From an uncultured Candidatus Saccharibacteria bacterium (GTDB taxonomy: Bacteria; Patescibacteriota; UBA1384; CAILIB01; JAUSJZ01): DNA of 64,000 nt. Each line of letters begins with the position of its first letter. Positions within the stretch are counted from its first letter, which is position 1. This document shows, piece by piece, positions 10,142-19,135 of the stretch. The stretch covers positions 15,652-79,651 of the forward strand of contig CAYQWZ010000004.1 in NCBI GenBank assembly GCA_964421635.1, written 5' to 3'. Position numbers and translations under genes: made by a program. The notes beneath the pieces were generated by a model that was not told the origin of the DNA, did not search any database, and saw only the letters and a list, made by a program, of their open reading frames with translations.

Positions 10142-11563
10142 GTCGTAGTTAAATCACAGGTTAATAATATTGATGGGGTTTTGACTTATCACTCTCCTTC
10201 TAGTTTATCAGTTGGGCAATTAGTAACAGTCCCCCTACGCGGGCGTATACTACCGGGTTTTGTGGCAAAGATCAACACAGGGGCCAACTTTCGCGCCCAA
10301 ATTAAGCCAATCAAAAATAATTCTAATTTTGTTCTGCCCGAAAATTTCGTCAATTACTTTATGGCCGTAGCGCAATACTATTTAATTTCTCCCTCTACTT
10401 TACTCAAAATGACTTGGCCTTTCTTCAATCAAAAATATGTGAAGTATGAACAAAAAAATAATTTAGATAAGGATTCAAAAAGAGGGTCAACTCTATATTT
10501 CACTCCTAGTATTGAACAAGCTAACCGGCAAGTTTCTAAATTTATCACTATTGGTGCAGACGCTGCCAGCCGTCAACAAATTTTCTGGCAAAGCTTTTTT
10601 AATTCTGTAAATATTGCGGGCAGCCAAAATATTGCCTGGCTGCCTTACAAAAAAATAAATAGAATAATTTTTGACTCTCCTCTTTTAAGCCCTTTTGAAT
10701 CTGCTCGCTCACCAGGAATCCATTCATTATATTTAGCCTCAAAGCTGGCTTTTCACTACGGCTGCCCACTCATTGTGAGAACTGTAATTCCCAAAGAACT
10801 ACTTTGCAAGCGTTACCATATAAAAAATATTACTGTAAGACAACCCCCACTAAATAAAGTTGAAACCGTTCTGACGGCTGAGGGCTGGTTGAATAAAGAG
10901 ATGCAAAACATTATTTCGAATCTGTTGTCAAAGAATAAAAAAGTTGGCATCTATTACAATTCATTATCGAAAATTGACCAGTCGGGCAAAATTCAAGGAT
11001 TAGCAAACCTAGCCAATCAGCTATCAAAAATGTTTTCAATTCCTATTGGGGTAGTTAGCGATAAAGAGAACAGAAACCCGAATGCTCAACTGACCGTCTT
11101 TACTAACAAAATCCTCTATCAACAAATCAGTTTTGACCAAGTTATTGTGCTTGACCCTAAACTGCTTTTATCGCCCAATAGGCCACACAGCCACATTGAA
11201 GCGTTAGAGATTTTAGGATTACTAGCTTCCAGATATAATCTAACAGTTCAATCAAATGACTCAAAAAATGTCTTATTCAAAGCCTGTCAAGCCAATTTTA
11301 ATCCGCAAATTATAAATGCTCTCAACTGGCCCCACTTTAACAAAAGGATAATTCGACTAGTCGCTAAAAAACCAAATATCGAAAATGAGTTAGCTGAACT
11401 GAAAAAAATTAATCCTTCTTTACACCAAAACCTTGAAGGAGAAAGTACAGTTATTACCTTAATGACCAAACAAAAAGTTGATTCTGCCCTAGAGCAGTTC
11501 ATTTTGAAAAATCGAGCAAATTTTAGGATTTTTTCAGATGTATCAAGCCTACAACTTGAATAA
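10130..11563 (+). CDS. PriA-like protein with degenerate helicase region
   Basis: N-terminal LTY...GQLVTVPLRG...G...IKPI resembles the PriA 3'-binding domain; priA-def-fmt position; no Walker A or DEAH seen. Confidence 0.6.
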   Translation: MLVHVVVKSQVNNIDGVLTYHSPSSLSVGQLVTVPLRGRILPGFVAKINTGANFRAQIKPIKNNSNFVLPENFVNYFMAVAQYYLISPSTLLKMTWPFFNQKYVKYEQKNNLDKDSKRGSTLYFTPSIEQANRQVSKFITIGADAASRQQIFWQSFFNSVNIAGSQNIAWLPYKKINRIIFDSPLLSPFESARSPGIHSLYLASKLAFHYGCPLIVRTVIPKELLCKRYHIKNITVRQPPLNKVETVLTAEGWLNKEMQNIISNLLSKNKKVGIYYNSLSKIDQSGKIQGLANLANQLSKMFSIPIGVVSDKENRNPNAQLTVFTNKILYQQISFDQVIVLDPKLLLSPNRPHSHIEALEILGLLASRYNLTVQSNDSKNVLFKACQANFNPQIINALNWPHFNKRIIRLVAKKPNIENELAELKKINPSLHQNLEGESTVITLMTKQKVDSALEQFILKNRANFRIFSDVSSLQLE

Positions 11564-11590
11564 AGATGCTATTTAGACTAATATTCAATC

Positions 11591-12100
11591 GTGTTAAAAA
11601 TAATCACCGAACCCAATAAAGTTTTGCACCAAAAATGTGAGCCTATCACTGAGTTTTCTGATGACCTAAAAAAGTTAGCCTCAGATATGCGCGCTACTAT
11701 GCACAGTAACAAGGGTATGGGTTTGGCCGCACCACAAATAAATAAATCTATTAGATTAACTGTTATTGAATATCTACCCAAAGATAAAGACGGCAATTTA
11801 ATCAAAAGTGAGGTTATTCCCTTTATAGCGCTTGTTAATCCTGAAATTACTTGGACTAGTTCAAAAACAGTACAAATAGCAGAAGGATGTCTCTCTATTC
11901 CCGGATTTGAAGGAGAGGTAATTCGGCCAAAAAGGGTCAAAGTTAAAGCTCAAAATTTAAATGGAGAAAAAATTGTACTTAAGGCTTCGGGTCTTTTGGC
12001 TCGCATCGTTCAACACGAAATAGATCACTTAAACGGCATTTTGTACTCTGAGAAATTAGCGCCAAACAGCTCTTTGCAACCTGTAAAACCAGCTATCTAA
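11591..12100 (+). CDS. def: Peptide deformylase
   Basis: GMGLAAPQI, EGCLSIPG, QHEIDHLNG. Confidence 0.98.
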   Translation: MLKIITEPNKVLHQKCEPITEFSDDLKKLASDMRATMHSNKGMGLAAPQINKSIRLTVIEYLPKDKDGNLIKSEVIPFIALVNPEITWTSSKTVQIAEGCLSIPGFEGEVIRPKRVKVKAQNLNGEKIVLKASGLLARIVQHEIDHLNGILYSEKLAPNSSLQPVKPAI

Positions 12101-12130
12101 ATTATGCGCATAAATATTTGGCTTTTGCAC

Positions 12131-12159
12131 TTGACAAATGGTCTTTTTTTTGATAATGT
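12131..12159 (+). promoter_or_regulatory. Sigma70-type promoter of the GC-rich unit
   Basis: TTGACA (12131-36), 17-nt spacer, TAATGT (12154-59). Confidence 0.75.
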
Positions 12160-12163
12160 ATTT

Positions 12164-13113
12164 GCACGCTCGCATGTAGGGCCGCCCCATGATGGGCAGG
12201 CCAACACCCGAGCGCATTAACAACACGGTCCTGACATGTCACCTTGTAGCTCATCTTGGGCTACGGTGGGTGAATGCCCGGATCTCTCAGCTACGAGGGA
12301 ACTCGTAGACGCTACCCTAGATTGGAGTACCGTGTGACGAAGCCCGCGTGCTTCGTAGCGAGGAGCCACACCGTGCGGGACGGTGGTTAGGCTTTCCGGC
12401 ACCAAGCGTTGGTGACCAGGGCTCACAGGGTGGGTGCACTTGCCAGAGAGAGCCAGACAGGACTCTAAGAAGTTAGTCCCTGGCTTAACTTGGTAGGGCG
12501 TCCGCCTTGGCACAAGTACATCGACAGCGCAGTCGGGCTCGGGTGGGTGGCTCGAACGCCACTTCCCTGAGCCCGCCATCATCACTCTGAACCGCTCCGC
12601 TACAAAAGCGGCGGCGACCCATCGCGAAGAAGACGAAGGAGAGACAGATCATGATGCTCCGCGGACCGACGATGGCGCTGCACCGCAGCGACCATAAGAC
12701 CACCTGATCGACGCGCGCCACGGCCGCCTACTCGGCCGGCCGGCAGTAGGCTCTAACGCCTCTAGCCGGCCGGCCCCACCAACACCCTAGTACAAGAAAG
12801 GGTATAGTCGTGAATCAGCTGAACATCTAGGGGGTGTCTGCAACGCCTCCCTAAGACCACCTAAATTCCCAGAGAGAGACTGAATTCACTACCAGTCACC
12901 TCTCAGGTCAAGCTCGAGAGAGTATGCAGCCGGCAGCCGGATAGCTGACAGTCTCGCAAAGCCTGCGAGCCGAGTGAACAAGGCAAAACAAAAGAAAGGA
13001 GTACCGCATGCAGCGGTACCCGACCGGATTTCGTTAACTCGTGGGCTTCGGCCCACGGACAACCAAAGACCCGCGCCATGATCCCTTCGGGGTGAGCGCG
13101 GGTCTTCGCTTTG
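12164..13113 (+). ncRNA. Candidate large structured RNA or micro-ORF transcript (unassigned family)
   Basis: About 950 nt; hand-counted lines 47-67% GC versus 32% in a flanking line; about 19 hairpins including cUUCGg and GGAA tetraloops; own promoter; terminal hairpin; no long + strand ORF. Confidence 0.65.
13065..13113 (+). terminator. Terminal hairpin of GC-rich unit
   Basis: aagacccgcgc...ccc ttcg ggg...gcgcgggtctt followed by cgctttgt (weak U-tract). Confidence 0.6.
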
Positions 13114-13141
13114 TCTAAAAATTTAAATCCTGCTACCCTTA

Positions 13142-14020
13142 ATGGCAATGAAACAAAAAATAATCTTTTTCGGCACTCCGGTAATAGCCGCCCACACCCT
13201 ACAAAAATTGAACTCTAAATTTGATATTGTTTTAATAATTACGGAACCCGACAAACCTTCAGGTCGTGGCTTAAAAACAGAACCTACACCTGTAAAAAAG
13301 CTCGCCAAAAAACTGAACCTGAAAATTGCTCAACCCAAAAATAAGCAAGAAATTACCAACATTTTAAAGAAGAAAAATGCAAACTTGGGAGTTATCATCG
13401 CTTACGGTCAAATATTGCCTCAAGAAGCCATTAAAAGCGTTTCTGGGGGCATTTTGAACATTCATGGCTCAATATTGCCTAAGTACAGAGGTTCGTCACC
13501 TATTCAGCAGGCAATTTTAAACGGAGATAAAACCACTGGCGTTACTATAATGAAAATTAATGAAGGAGTAGACACAGGCGATATTTTAGCTACTAAAAAG
13601 GTCAAAATTGCATTTAACGACACTACTGCCACACTGGCTCAAAAACTAGTTGAGGTCGGCACAAAACTACTAATAGAAGTAATTCCAAAATATCTCGACG
13701 GCCAAATAAAGCTTAAAGCTCAACCAAAAAAAGGCAGTTTGGCGCCAAAAATTACGAAAGATATGGGTCAAATCAATTGGTCAGATTCAGCCGAAAAAAT
13801 TGACAGACAGATTCGAGCCTTTCAGCCTTGGCCAAAATCCTTTACTACATACAATAATAAAAGATTAATCATTCACCAAGCAAAAATTGTAAATAAACAG
13901 TTAATTCCGCAAATTGTGCAAATTGCCAACAAAAAAAGTACCAGCTGGCAAGATTTTCTGAATGGTCAGCACCTAACGCAAGATCAAGCCTTGAGCGAAA
14001 TATTGCGCCAAAACACTTGA
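13142..14020 (+). CDS. fmt: Methionyl-tRNA formyltransferase
   Basis: IIFFGTP, PDKPSGRG, AYGQIL, NIHGSILPKYRGSSPIQ. Confidence 0.97.
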   Translation: MAMKQKIIFFGTPVIAAHTLQKLNSKFDIVLIITEPDKPSGRGLKTEPTPVKKLAKKLNLKIAQPKNKQEITNILKKKNANLGVIIAYGQILPQEAIKSVSGGILNIHGSILPKYRGSSPIQQAILNGDKTTGVTIMKINEGVDTGDILATKKVKIAFNDTTATLAQKLVEVGTKLLIEVIPKYLDGQIKLKAQPKKGSLAPKITKDMGQINWSDSAEKIDRQIRAFQPWPKSFTTYNNKRLIIHQAKIVNKQLIPQIVQIANKKSTSWQDFLNGQHLTQDQALSEILRQNT

Positions 14021-14068
14021 CCAGATTGACTACTCCTGTTATTCTCTACTATGTACACAAAATAAAAT

Positions 14069-14452
14069 ATGGTAATTATAAGATTGCGTCGGGGCGGAAG
14101 ACGTCACGAACCACATTACAGAATTGTAGCTCAAGAGAAGCGTTCAAAATTGAACGGTGCTTTTATTGAGAGTATCGGTCATTATCATCCGGCTACAAAA
14201 GATAAGGAGCTGGTGATAGACGCTGACCGAGCTAAATATTGGCTTGCACAAGGTGCACAGCTTTCTGTAACCGTAAATAATCTTTTTGTAAAAGAAGAAA
14301 TATTACCTAAAAAAAATAAGATTAGCCGAGTGTATAATAAGAAAAAGAAGAAAGATGAAGAAGGTGAAGAAAAGAAGGAAGAGGTCAAAACAGAAGAGAA
14401 AGCAGAAGTGAAAGAAGAGAAAGAGAAGGAAGAGAAAACAGAAACCAAATAA
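14069..14452 (+). CDS. rpsP: 30S ribosomal protein S16
   Basis: MVIIRLRRGG..PHYRIV, YWLAQGAQ. Confidence 0.95.
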   Translation: MVIIRLRRGGRRHEPHYRIVAQEKRSKLNGAFIESIGHYHPATKDKELVIDADRAKYWLAQGAQLSVTVNNLFVKEEILPKKNKISRVYNKKKKKDEEGEEKKEEVKTEEKAEVKEEKEKEEKTETK

Positions 14453-14485
14453 ATTTATAGAAAAATCGAAAAGTAAAGAATAGAT

Positions 14486-14899
14486 ATGACAGAAGAAAAC
14501 AAGGATGTACAGTTCGTCGAAACTGTCACCAAAATGCTAGTAGAACAACCAGATATGGTTGAGGTTAACAGAACAGTTGATGACTTGGGTGTTTTAATCA
14601 CACTTAAAGTCGCAGCCGCTGACATGGCTACAATAATTGGTCGTGAAGGAAGAGCTGCTAAAGCTGTTAGAACATTGTTAAGAATTATCGGCGCTAAGAA
14701 AAATGAGCGCGTTAATCTAAAGATTGTTGAGCCTGAAGGTAGTGAGCATGAATCTGCTCCAGCCAGACAAGTATCAGAGGCTCCAGCTGAGGAAATTCCG
14801 GCAGAAGAGGCGCCAGTTGAAGAAGCCCCAATCGAAGAAGCGCCAGCTGAGCAACCTGAAGATGACATTTTGGGAGATATTCCAGAACCATTAGCTTAA
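14486..14899 (+). CDS. khpA: KH-domain RNA-binding protein KhpA with acidic tail
   Basis: DMATIIGREGRAAKAVRTLL; follows rpsP. Confidence 0.88.
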   Translation: MTEENKDVQFVETVTKMLVEQPDMVEVNRTVDDLGVLITLKVAAADMATIIGREGRAAKAVRTLLRIIGAKKNERVNLKIVEPEGSEHESAPARQVSEAPAEEIPAEEAPVEEAPIEEAPAEQPEDDILGDIPEPLA

Positions 14900-14960
14900 A
14901 TTACAATGAACGAAGTAACCGCCTCTGCTTTGCATGCGGTTATTTTGTTTAAATGAAGAT

Positions 14961-15620
14961 ATGAAGTTTAATATAATCACCCTATTTCCGAAACAGACCA
15001 AGACAATGCTAGATTTTTCAATCCTTAAAAATGCCCAAGAGAAAGATCTTATCTCAATAGATTTTCATAATCTACGCGATTTCGGATTTGGTAAATTCAA
15101 ACAAGTCGACGACACACCTTACGGCGGTGGCTCAGGCATGGTTTTAAAGCCAGATGTGGTTTTGCCCGCCATTGAAAGTGTCAAAAAAAGTAATCCTCGA
15201 GCAAAGGTTATCGCTCTAACACCCAAAGGCATTCGGTTCAATCAAGCCAAAGCCGAGGAGTTAGCCAAAGAGAAGAACTTAATTTTAGTAGCCGGTCATT
15301 ACGAAGGATTCGACCAGCGCATTTTAGACGAAGTAGATGAACAAATCTCTATCGGCGATTTTGTGATAACGGGCGGAGAGTTAGCAGCGGCTGTCGTTGT
15401 CGATGCCGTAGCCAGACTACAAGCTGGCGTTTTGGCAGACAACTCAGCCCACGAAGAAAGTCATAGCCTAAAAAATGATAAGGGCGAGCGCTTGGTCGAG
15501 TATCCGCAGTACACTCGCCCCGAAGTTTACAAAGACAAAAAAGTGCCAGATGTCTTATTATCGGGCAATCACCAAAAGATCGCCGATTGGCGAGAACAGC
15601 AAAGCAAGAAAACTAAGTAG
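14961..15620 (+). CDS. trmD: tRNA (m1G37) methyltransferase
   Basis: VDDTPYGGGSGMVL, GHYEGFDQR, SIGDFVITGGE, EYPQYTRP; start at MKFNIITLFP. Confidence 0.97.
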   Translation: MKFNIITLFPKQTKTMLDFSILKNAQEKDLISIDFHNLRDFGFGKFKQVDDTPYGGGSGMVLKPDVVLPAIESVKKSNPRAKVIALTPKGIRFNQAKAEELAKEKNLILVAGHYEGFDQRILDEVDEQISIGDFVITGGELAAAVVVDAVARLQAGVLADNSAHEESHSLKNDKGERLVEYPQYTRPEVYKDKKVPDVLLSGNHQKIADWREQQSKKTK

Positions 15621-16107
15621 TTCTTTTTTTATTAACAATAGCGCGCTCGCTTTGTTTAATAATAGTAATACAGGTTCGCATTGCGAGATACCATATCCAT
15701 AAGAAAAAGAGTACCGTTAATACAAAAACTTCTGTACTATCATCTCCGCTAATCGAATTTACAGCCACAGTCATAACCCAGTTTAAAAAAATCACAATTG
15801 ATAACACTGGTATTAAAAAATAAGATAGATTCTTAGCCACTTTCCCATTACATCTACGCCATATTGACCGTCGATCTGTAAAAAAGAATACATAAAAAGA
15901 ACGCAATACTACCCACGCTGGTAAAACTAAAATTACCAAAGATGCTATCACTCCAAATATTGCCATAATAATATTAAAAATTAGTAGCTGGCTTTCATCT
16001 GTCAAAAAACTCCAAGTCATTTCAAGTACTATTACTAAAATAAAGAGCACCGGCACTCCTATTAACCAAGCGCGTTCTATTTTTGACCACAGACTAATTT
16101 CTTTCAT
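15613..16107 (-). CDS. Hypothetical 4-TM membrane protein
   Basis: Four hydrophobic segments; likely start MKEISLW with TATGAT 6 nt upstream (start coordinate approximate). Confidence 0.6.
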   Translation of the reverse strand: MKEISLWSKIERAWLIGVPVLFILVIVLEMTWSFLTDESQLLIFNIIMAIFGVIASLVILVLPAWVVLRSFYVFFFTDRRSIWRRCNGKVAKNLSYFLIPVLSIVIFLNWVMTVAVNSISGDDSTEVFVLTVLFFLWIWYLAMRTCITIIKQSERAIVNKKRTT

Positions 16108-16197
16108 ACTAATATCATATCTTTTTTTTGAACAAATCACACCACAACCCCATACCGAACATAGACCGAACTTGGTATAAATGTTAAAGTTATTAAG

Positions 16198-18147
16198 ATG
16201 TTTATTTTGCAATCCGATTATTCGCCAACGGGTGACCAGCCGGCGGCGATAGAAAAATTATTAAAAGGATTAAAAAACAAAGCTGCTATGCAGACTCTTT
16301 TAGGCGTGACTGGCTCTGGCAAAACTTTTACTGTGGCTAACATTATTGCCAAAATCCAAAAACCAACTTTAATTATTGCTCACAACAAAACCTTAGCCGC
16401 CCAACTTTGGGCCGAAATGAAAGAGTACTTCCCCGACAACGAGGTGCACTACTTTGTCAGCTACTACGATTACTATCAGCCAGAAGCGTACATTCCCGCC
16501 ACAGACACCTACATTGAAAAAGATTTAGCAATCAACGACGAAATAGACAAACTGCGCCACGCCGCCACTCACGCTCTACTGACCAAGGATGATGTAATAA
16601 TAGTGGCCACCGTCAGCTGCATTTACGGCTTAGGCTCTCCCGAAATATATTCCAAACACAGCCTAAAAATTAAAAAAGGCCAAACCATCAGCCAAAGCCA
16701 ACTGCTGCGCAAGCTGACTGATATGCATTACGAGCGCAATGATTTGGAATTAAAAAGAGGGCGGTTCAGAGTATCTGGCGAAAATATTGACATCTATCCT
16801 GTTTATGACGATGTCGTTTTGAGAATCAACCTCAACTTTGAATCAATCGACCAAATACGCCTGCTCCACCCTGTCACTTTCCAGCCTATCAGAGAGGTAG
16901 ATGACGAAATCATTTTCCCGGCTAAACATTACTTAACCGAAGAGAAACATATCAAGGCTACACTGAAGCAAATCGAACAAGATATGAAGCGCGAAGTTAA
17001 AGCATTGGAAGACAACGACAAACTGCTTGAGGCCCGCAGGTTAGGGCAGCGCACCAAGTACGACCTTGAAATGATTAAAGAGACTGGCCATGTTAAAGGC
17101 ATCGAAAACTACTCACGCTATTTTGACAATCGCCAAGCTGGTTCTCCCCCATCCGTCTTGCTAGATTATTTTCCAAAAAATTATTTGTTGTTTATAGATG
17201 AGTCACATATGACAATTCCGCAAATTGGCGGCATGTATTTTGGCGATCTTTCCCGTAAAAATAATTTGATAGAGCACGGATTCAGACTAAAAGCAGCCCG
17301 CGATAACCGACCGTTAAAATTTGATGAATTCAAAAAACGGATGGGCCAGACTATCGCCGTATCCGCTACACCAAACGACTACGAGCTTACAAACTCCGAC
17401 CAAATTGTTGAACAGCTAATTCGACCAACGGGTCTTATTGACCCAGTGGTTGAGGTGCGACCGATAACCAACCAAGTGCCCGACCTTATAAAAGAAATCA
17501 AAAAGCGCATCAAAAACAAACAACGCACCCTAGTCACCACCTTAACAAAAAGGATGTCGGAAGATTTGGCAGAATATTTAGCTGAGAAAGATATTAAAGT
17601 GCAGTATTTACATTCCGAAATTATCACTCAAGAGCGATCTGAAATTTTGAAGCAGCTGCGCGAAGGAAAGTTCGATGTCTTAGTCGGCATCAATTTACTG
17701 CGCGAAGGGCTTGACCTGCCTGAAGTCAGTTTAGTAGCCATCTTGGACGCCGATAAAGAAGGATTTCTCCGTTCAGCGACATCCTTAATTCAAACTATTG
17801 GACGAGCCGCCAGACACCTAGATGGTAAAGTAATTTTGTACGCCGACCGCGAAACTAAAAGCATTAAACGGGCGCTGCGCGAAACTAACCGTCGCCGAAA
17901 AATTCAGCAAGCCTATAATAAAAAACACCATATTACTCCAGCCAGCATTCAAAAAGCCATCAAAGAAAGCGGGCTTTTAGGTGCTGATCGACTCAAGAAT
18001 GTATCCAAAAAACATCTGACCCGTGAGCAGCGAGCCAACCTAATAGAAGATTTATTTGACGAAATGAAGGTTGCCGCCGAAAATCTCGATTTTGAAAGAG
18101 CTGGAATTATTCGCGATGAAATAAAGAAACTGAAAGCCAAGAGTTGA
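16198..18147 (+). CDS. uvrB: Excinuclease ABC subunit B
   Basis: LLGVTGSGKTFT, FVSYYDYYQPEAY, DESH, GINLLREGLDLPEV, C-terminal UVR domain. Confidence 0.98.
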   Translation: MFILQSDYSPTGDQPAAIEKLLKGLKNKAAMQTLLGVTGSGKTFTVANIIAKIQKPTLIIAHNKTLAAQLWAEMKEYFPDNEVHYFVSYYDYYQPEAYIPATDTYIEKDLAINDEIDKLRHAATHALLTKDDVIIVATVSCIYGLGSPEIYSKHSLKIKKGQTISQSQLLRKLTDMHYERNDLELKRGRFRVSGENIDIYPVYDDVVLRINLNFESIDQIRLLHPVTFQPIREVDDEIIFPAKHYLTEEKHIKATLKQIEQDMKREVKALEDNDKLLEARRLGQRTKYDLEMIKETGHVKGIENYSRYFDNRQAGSPPSVLLDYFPKNYLLFIDESHMTIPQIGGMYFGDLSRKNNLIEHGFRLKAARDNRPLKFDEFKKRMGQTIAVSATPNDYELTNSDQIVEQLIRPTGLIDPVVEVRPITNQVPDLIKEIKKRIKNKQRTLVTTLTKRMSEDLAEYLAEKDIKVQYLHSEIITQERSEILKQLREGKFDVLVGINLLREGLDLPEVSLVAILDADKEGFLRSATSLIQTIGRAARHLDGKVILYADRETKSIKRALRETNRRRKIQQAYNKKHHITPASIQKAIKESGLLGADRLKNVSKKHLTREQRANLIEDLFDEMKVAAENLDFERAGIIRDEIKKLKAKS

Positions 18148-18183
18148 CAAATAGCTAAAAATGTTTAGAATAACTAGTGTCCT

Positions 18184-18408
18184 ATGAATGAACAAGACAA
18201 CGAAATTCATCACATTCAATTTTTCGATAGCAATGGTGATTTGCCTACCAGCATAACTATATTGGTACGAAGAAAAAAAGGACGCGAGAAGAAAAATCGA
18301 AATCCTATCAGCTCAGATAATTTACTCGAAATTCACCAAGAGCTAAAAACAAAAAAATCAATTAAGCAAATATTAAGCCATGGTAAGCCAAGCAAGCGAA
18401 AAGGTTGA
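18184..18408 (+). CDS. Small hypothetical protein
   Basis: 74-aa ORF between uvrB and rplY with TTGACA and TAGAAT upstream. Confidence 0.5.
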   Translation: MNEQDNEIHHIQFFDSNGDLPTSITILVRRKKGREKKNRNPISSDNLLEIHQELKTKKSIKQILSHGKPSKRKG

Positions 18409-19135
18409 GCTGCAAGCAGTCAGCCGAGATGACAAGAAAGCCAAGCATATTAGAAAAGAAGGATTCGTTCCGGCAGTTTTGTATGGCAAGAAAACAGACA
18501 ACAGAAATATTCAAATAAATACTTTAAAGTTGGCTGCCCTATTGCGAGAGCACGGCACCACCTCTTTGATTGATTTAAAGATAGATAAAGAGAAAGAGAT
18601 AAAAGTGCTAATTCGCGAGCCTCAATTTAATCCGGTGACTTATGATCTTGTACATACAGATTTTTATAAAGTAGATCTTACCCAAAAAATTACTTCTGCT
18701 ATTCCGGTAGTATTTAAAGGCCATAGCCCTGCGGTTGAAGATTTGGGTGGTTCATTAATTGAAACCAAATCAGAAGTTGAAGTTGAGTGTTTGCCACAAG
18801 ACTTGCCATCTGAGCTTGTGGTTAAAATTAGTGCTTTGAAAACTTTTGAAGATGTTATGCATGTTAGCGACATTGAAGTGCCAGCTGGCGTTGAAATTTT
18901 AGATGAACCAAATGAAGTACTAGCATCTGTCGCTGAGCCTCGCTCAGAAGAAGAATTGGCTGCCCTAGACGAAGATATTGAAGAGAATGTTGAAGATGTT
19001 GAAGTTGAAGGTGCCGAAGAAGGTGAAGAAGGCGCCGAGGAAGAAGGTGAGGGTGCAGAAGGTGATGTTGATTCTGAAGACAGCGAAAAACCAGCTGAAG
19101 ATAAATCCAATAGTGGTGAAGCCAAAGAGGCTTAA
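18380..19135 (+). CDS. rplY: 50S ribosomal protein L25 (CTC type)
   Basis: IRKEGFVPAVLYG, HTDFY, VEVECLP, acidic tail. Confidence 0.95.
   Translation: MVSQASEKVELQAVSRDDKKAKHIRKEGFVPAVLYGKKTDNRNIQINTLKLAALLREHGTTSLIDLKIDKEKEIKVLIREPQFNPVTYDLVHTDFYKVDLTQKITSAIPVVFKGHSPAVEDLGGSLIETKSEVEVECLPQDLPSELVVKISALKTFEDVMHVSDIEVPAGVEILDEPNEVLASVAEPRSEEELAALDEDIEENVEDVEVEGAEEGEEGAEEEGEGAEGDVDSEDSEKPAEDKSNSGEAKEA

Noticed and set aside
12796-12885. Group I intron (GGTATAGTC resembles the S/P7 element)
   Set aside because: No upstream R element (GACTA) in the correct order, and no interrupted host gene.
12164-13113. CsrB/RsmZ-like GGA sponge
   Set aside because: Only about 12 GGA in 950 nt, not above compositional expectation, and few are in hairpin loops.
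12217-13148. Minus-strand ORFs of 122, 78 and 81 aa in the GC-rich unit
   Set aside because: No recognisable motifs, mutually overlapping, and opposite to the promoter, tetraloop and G-U polarity; expected by chance in GC-rich DNA.
18978-19115. Long N-terminal extension of MiaB
   Set aside because: Alternate-frame overlap with the acidic tail of rplY.
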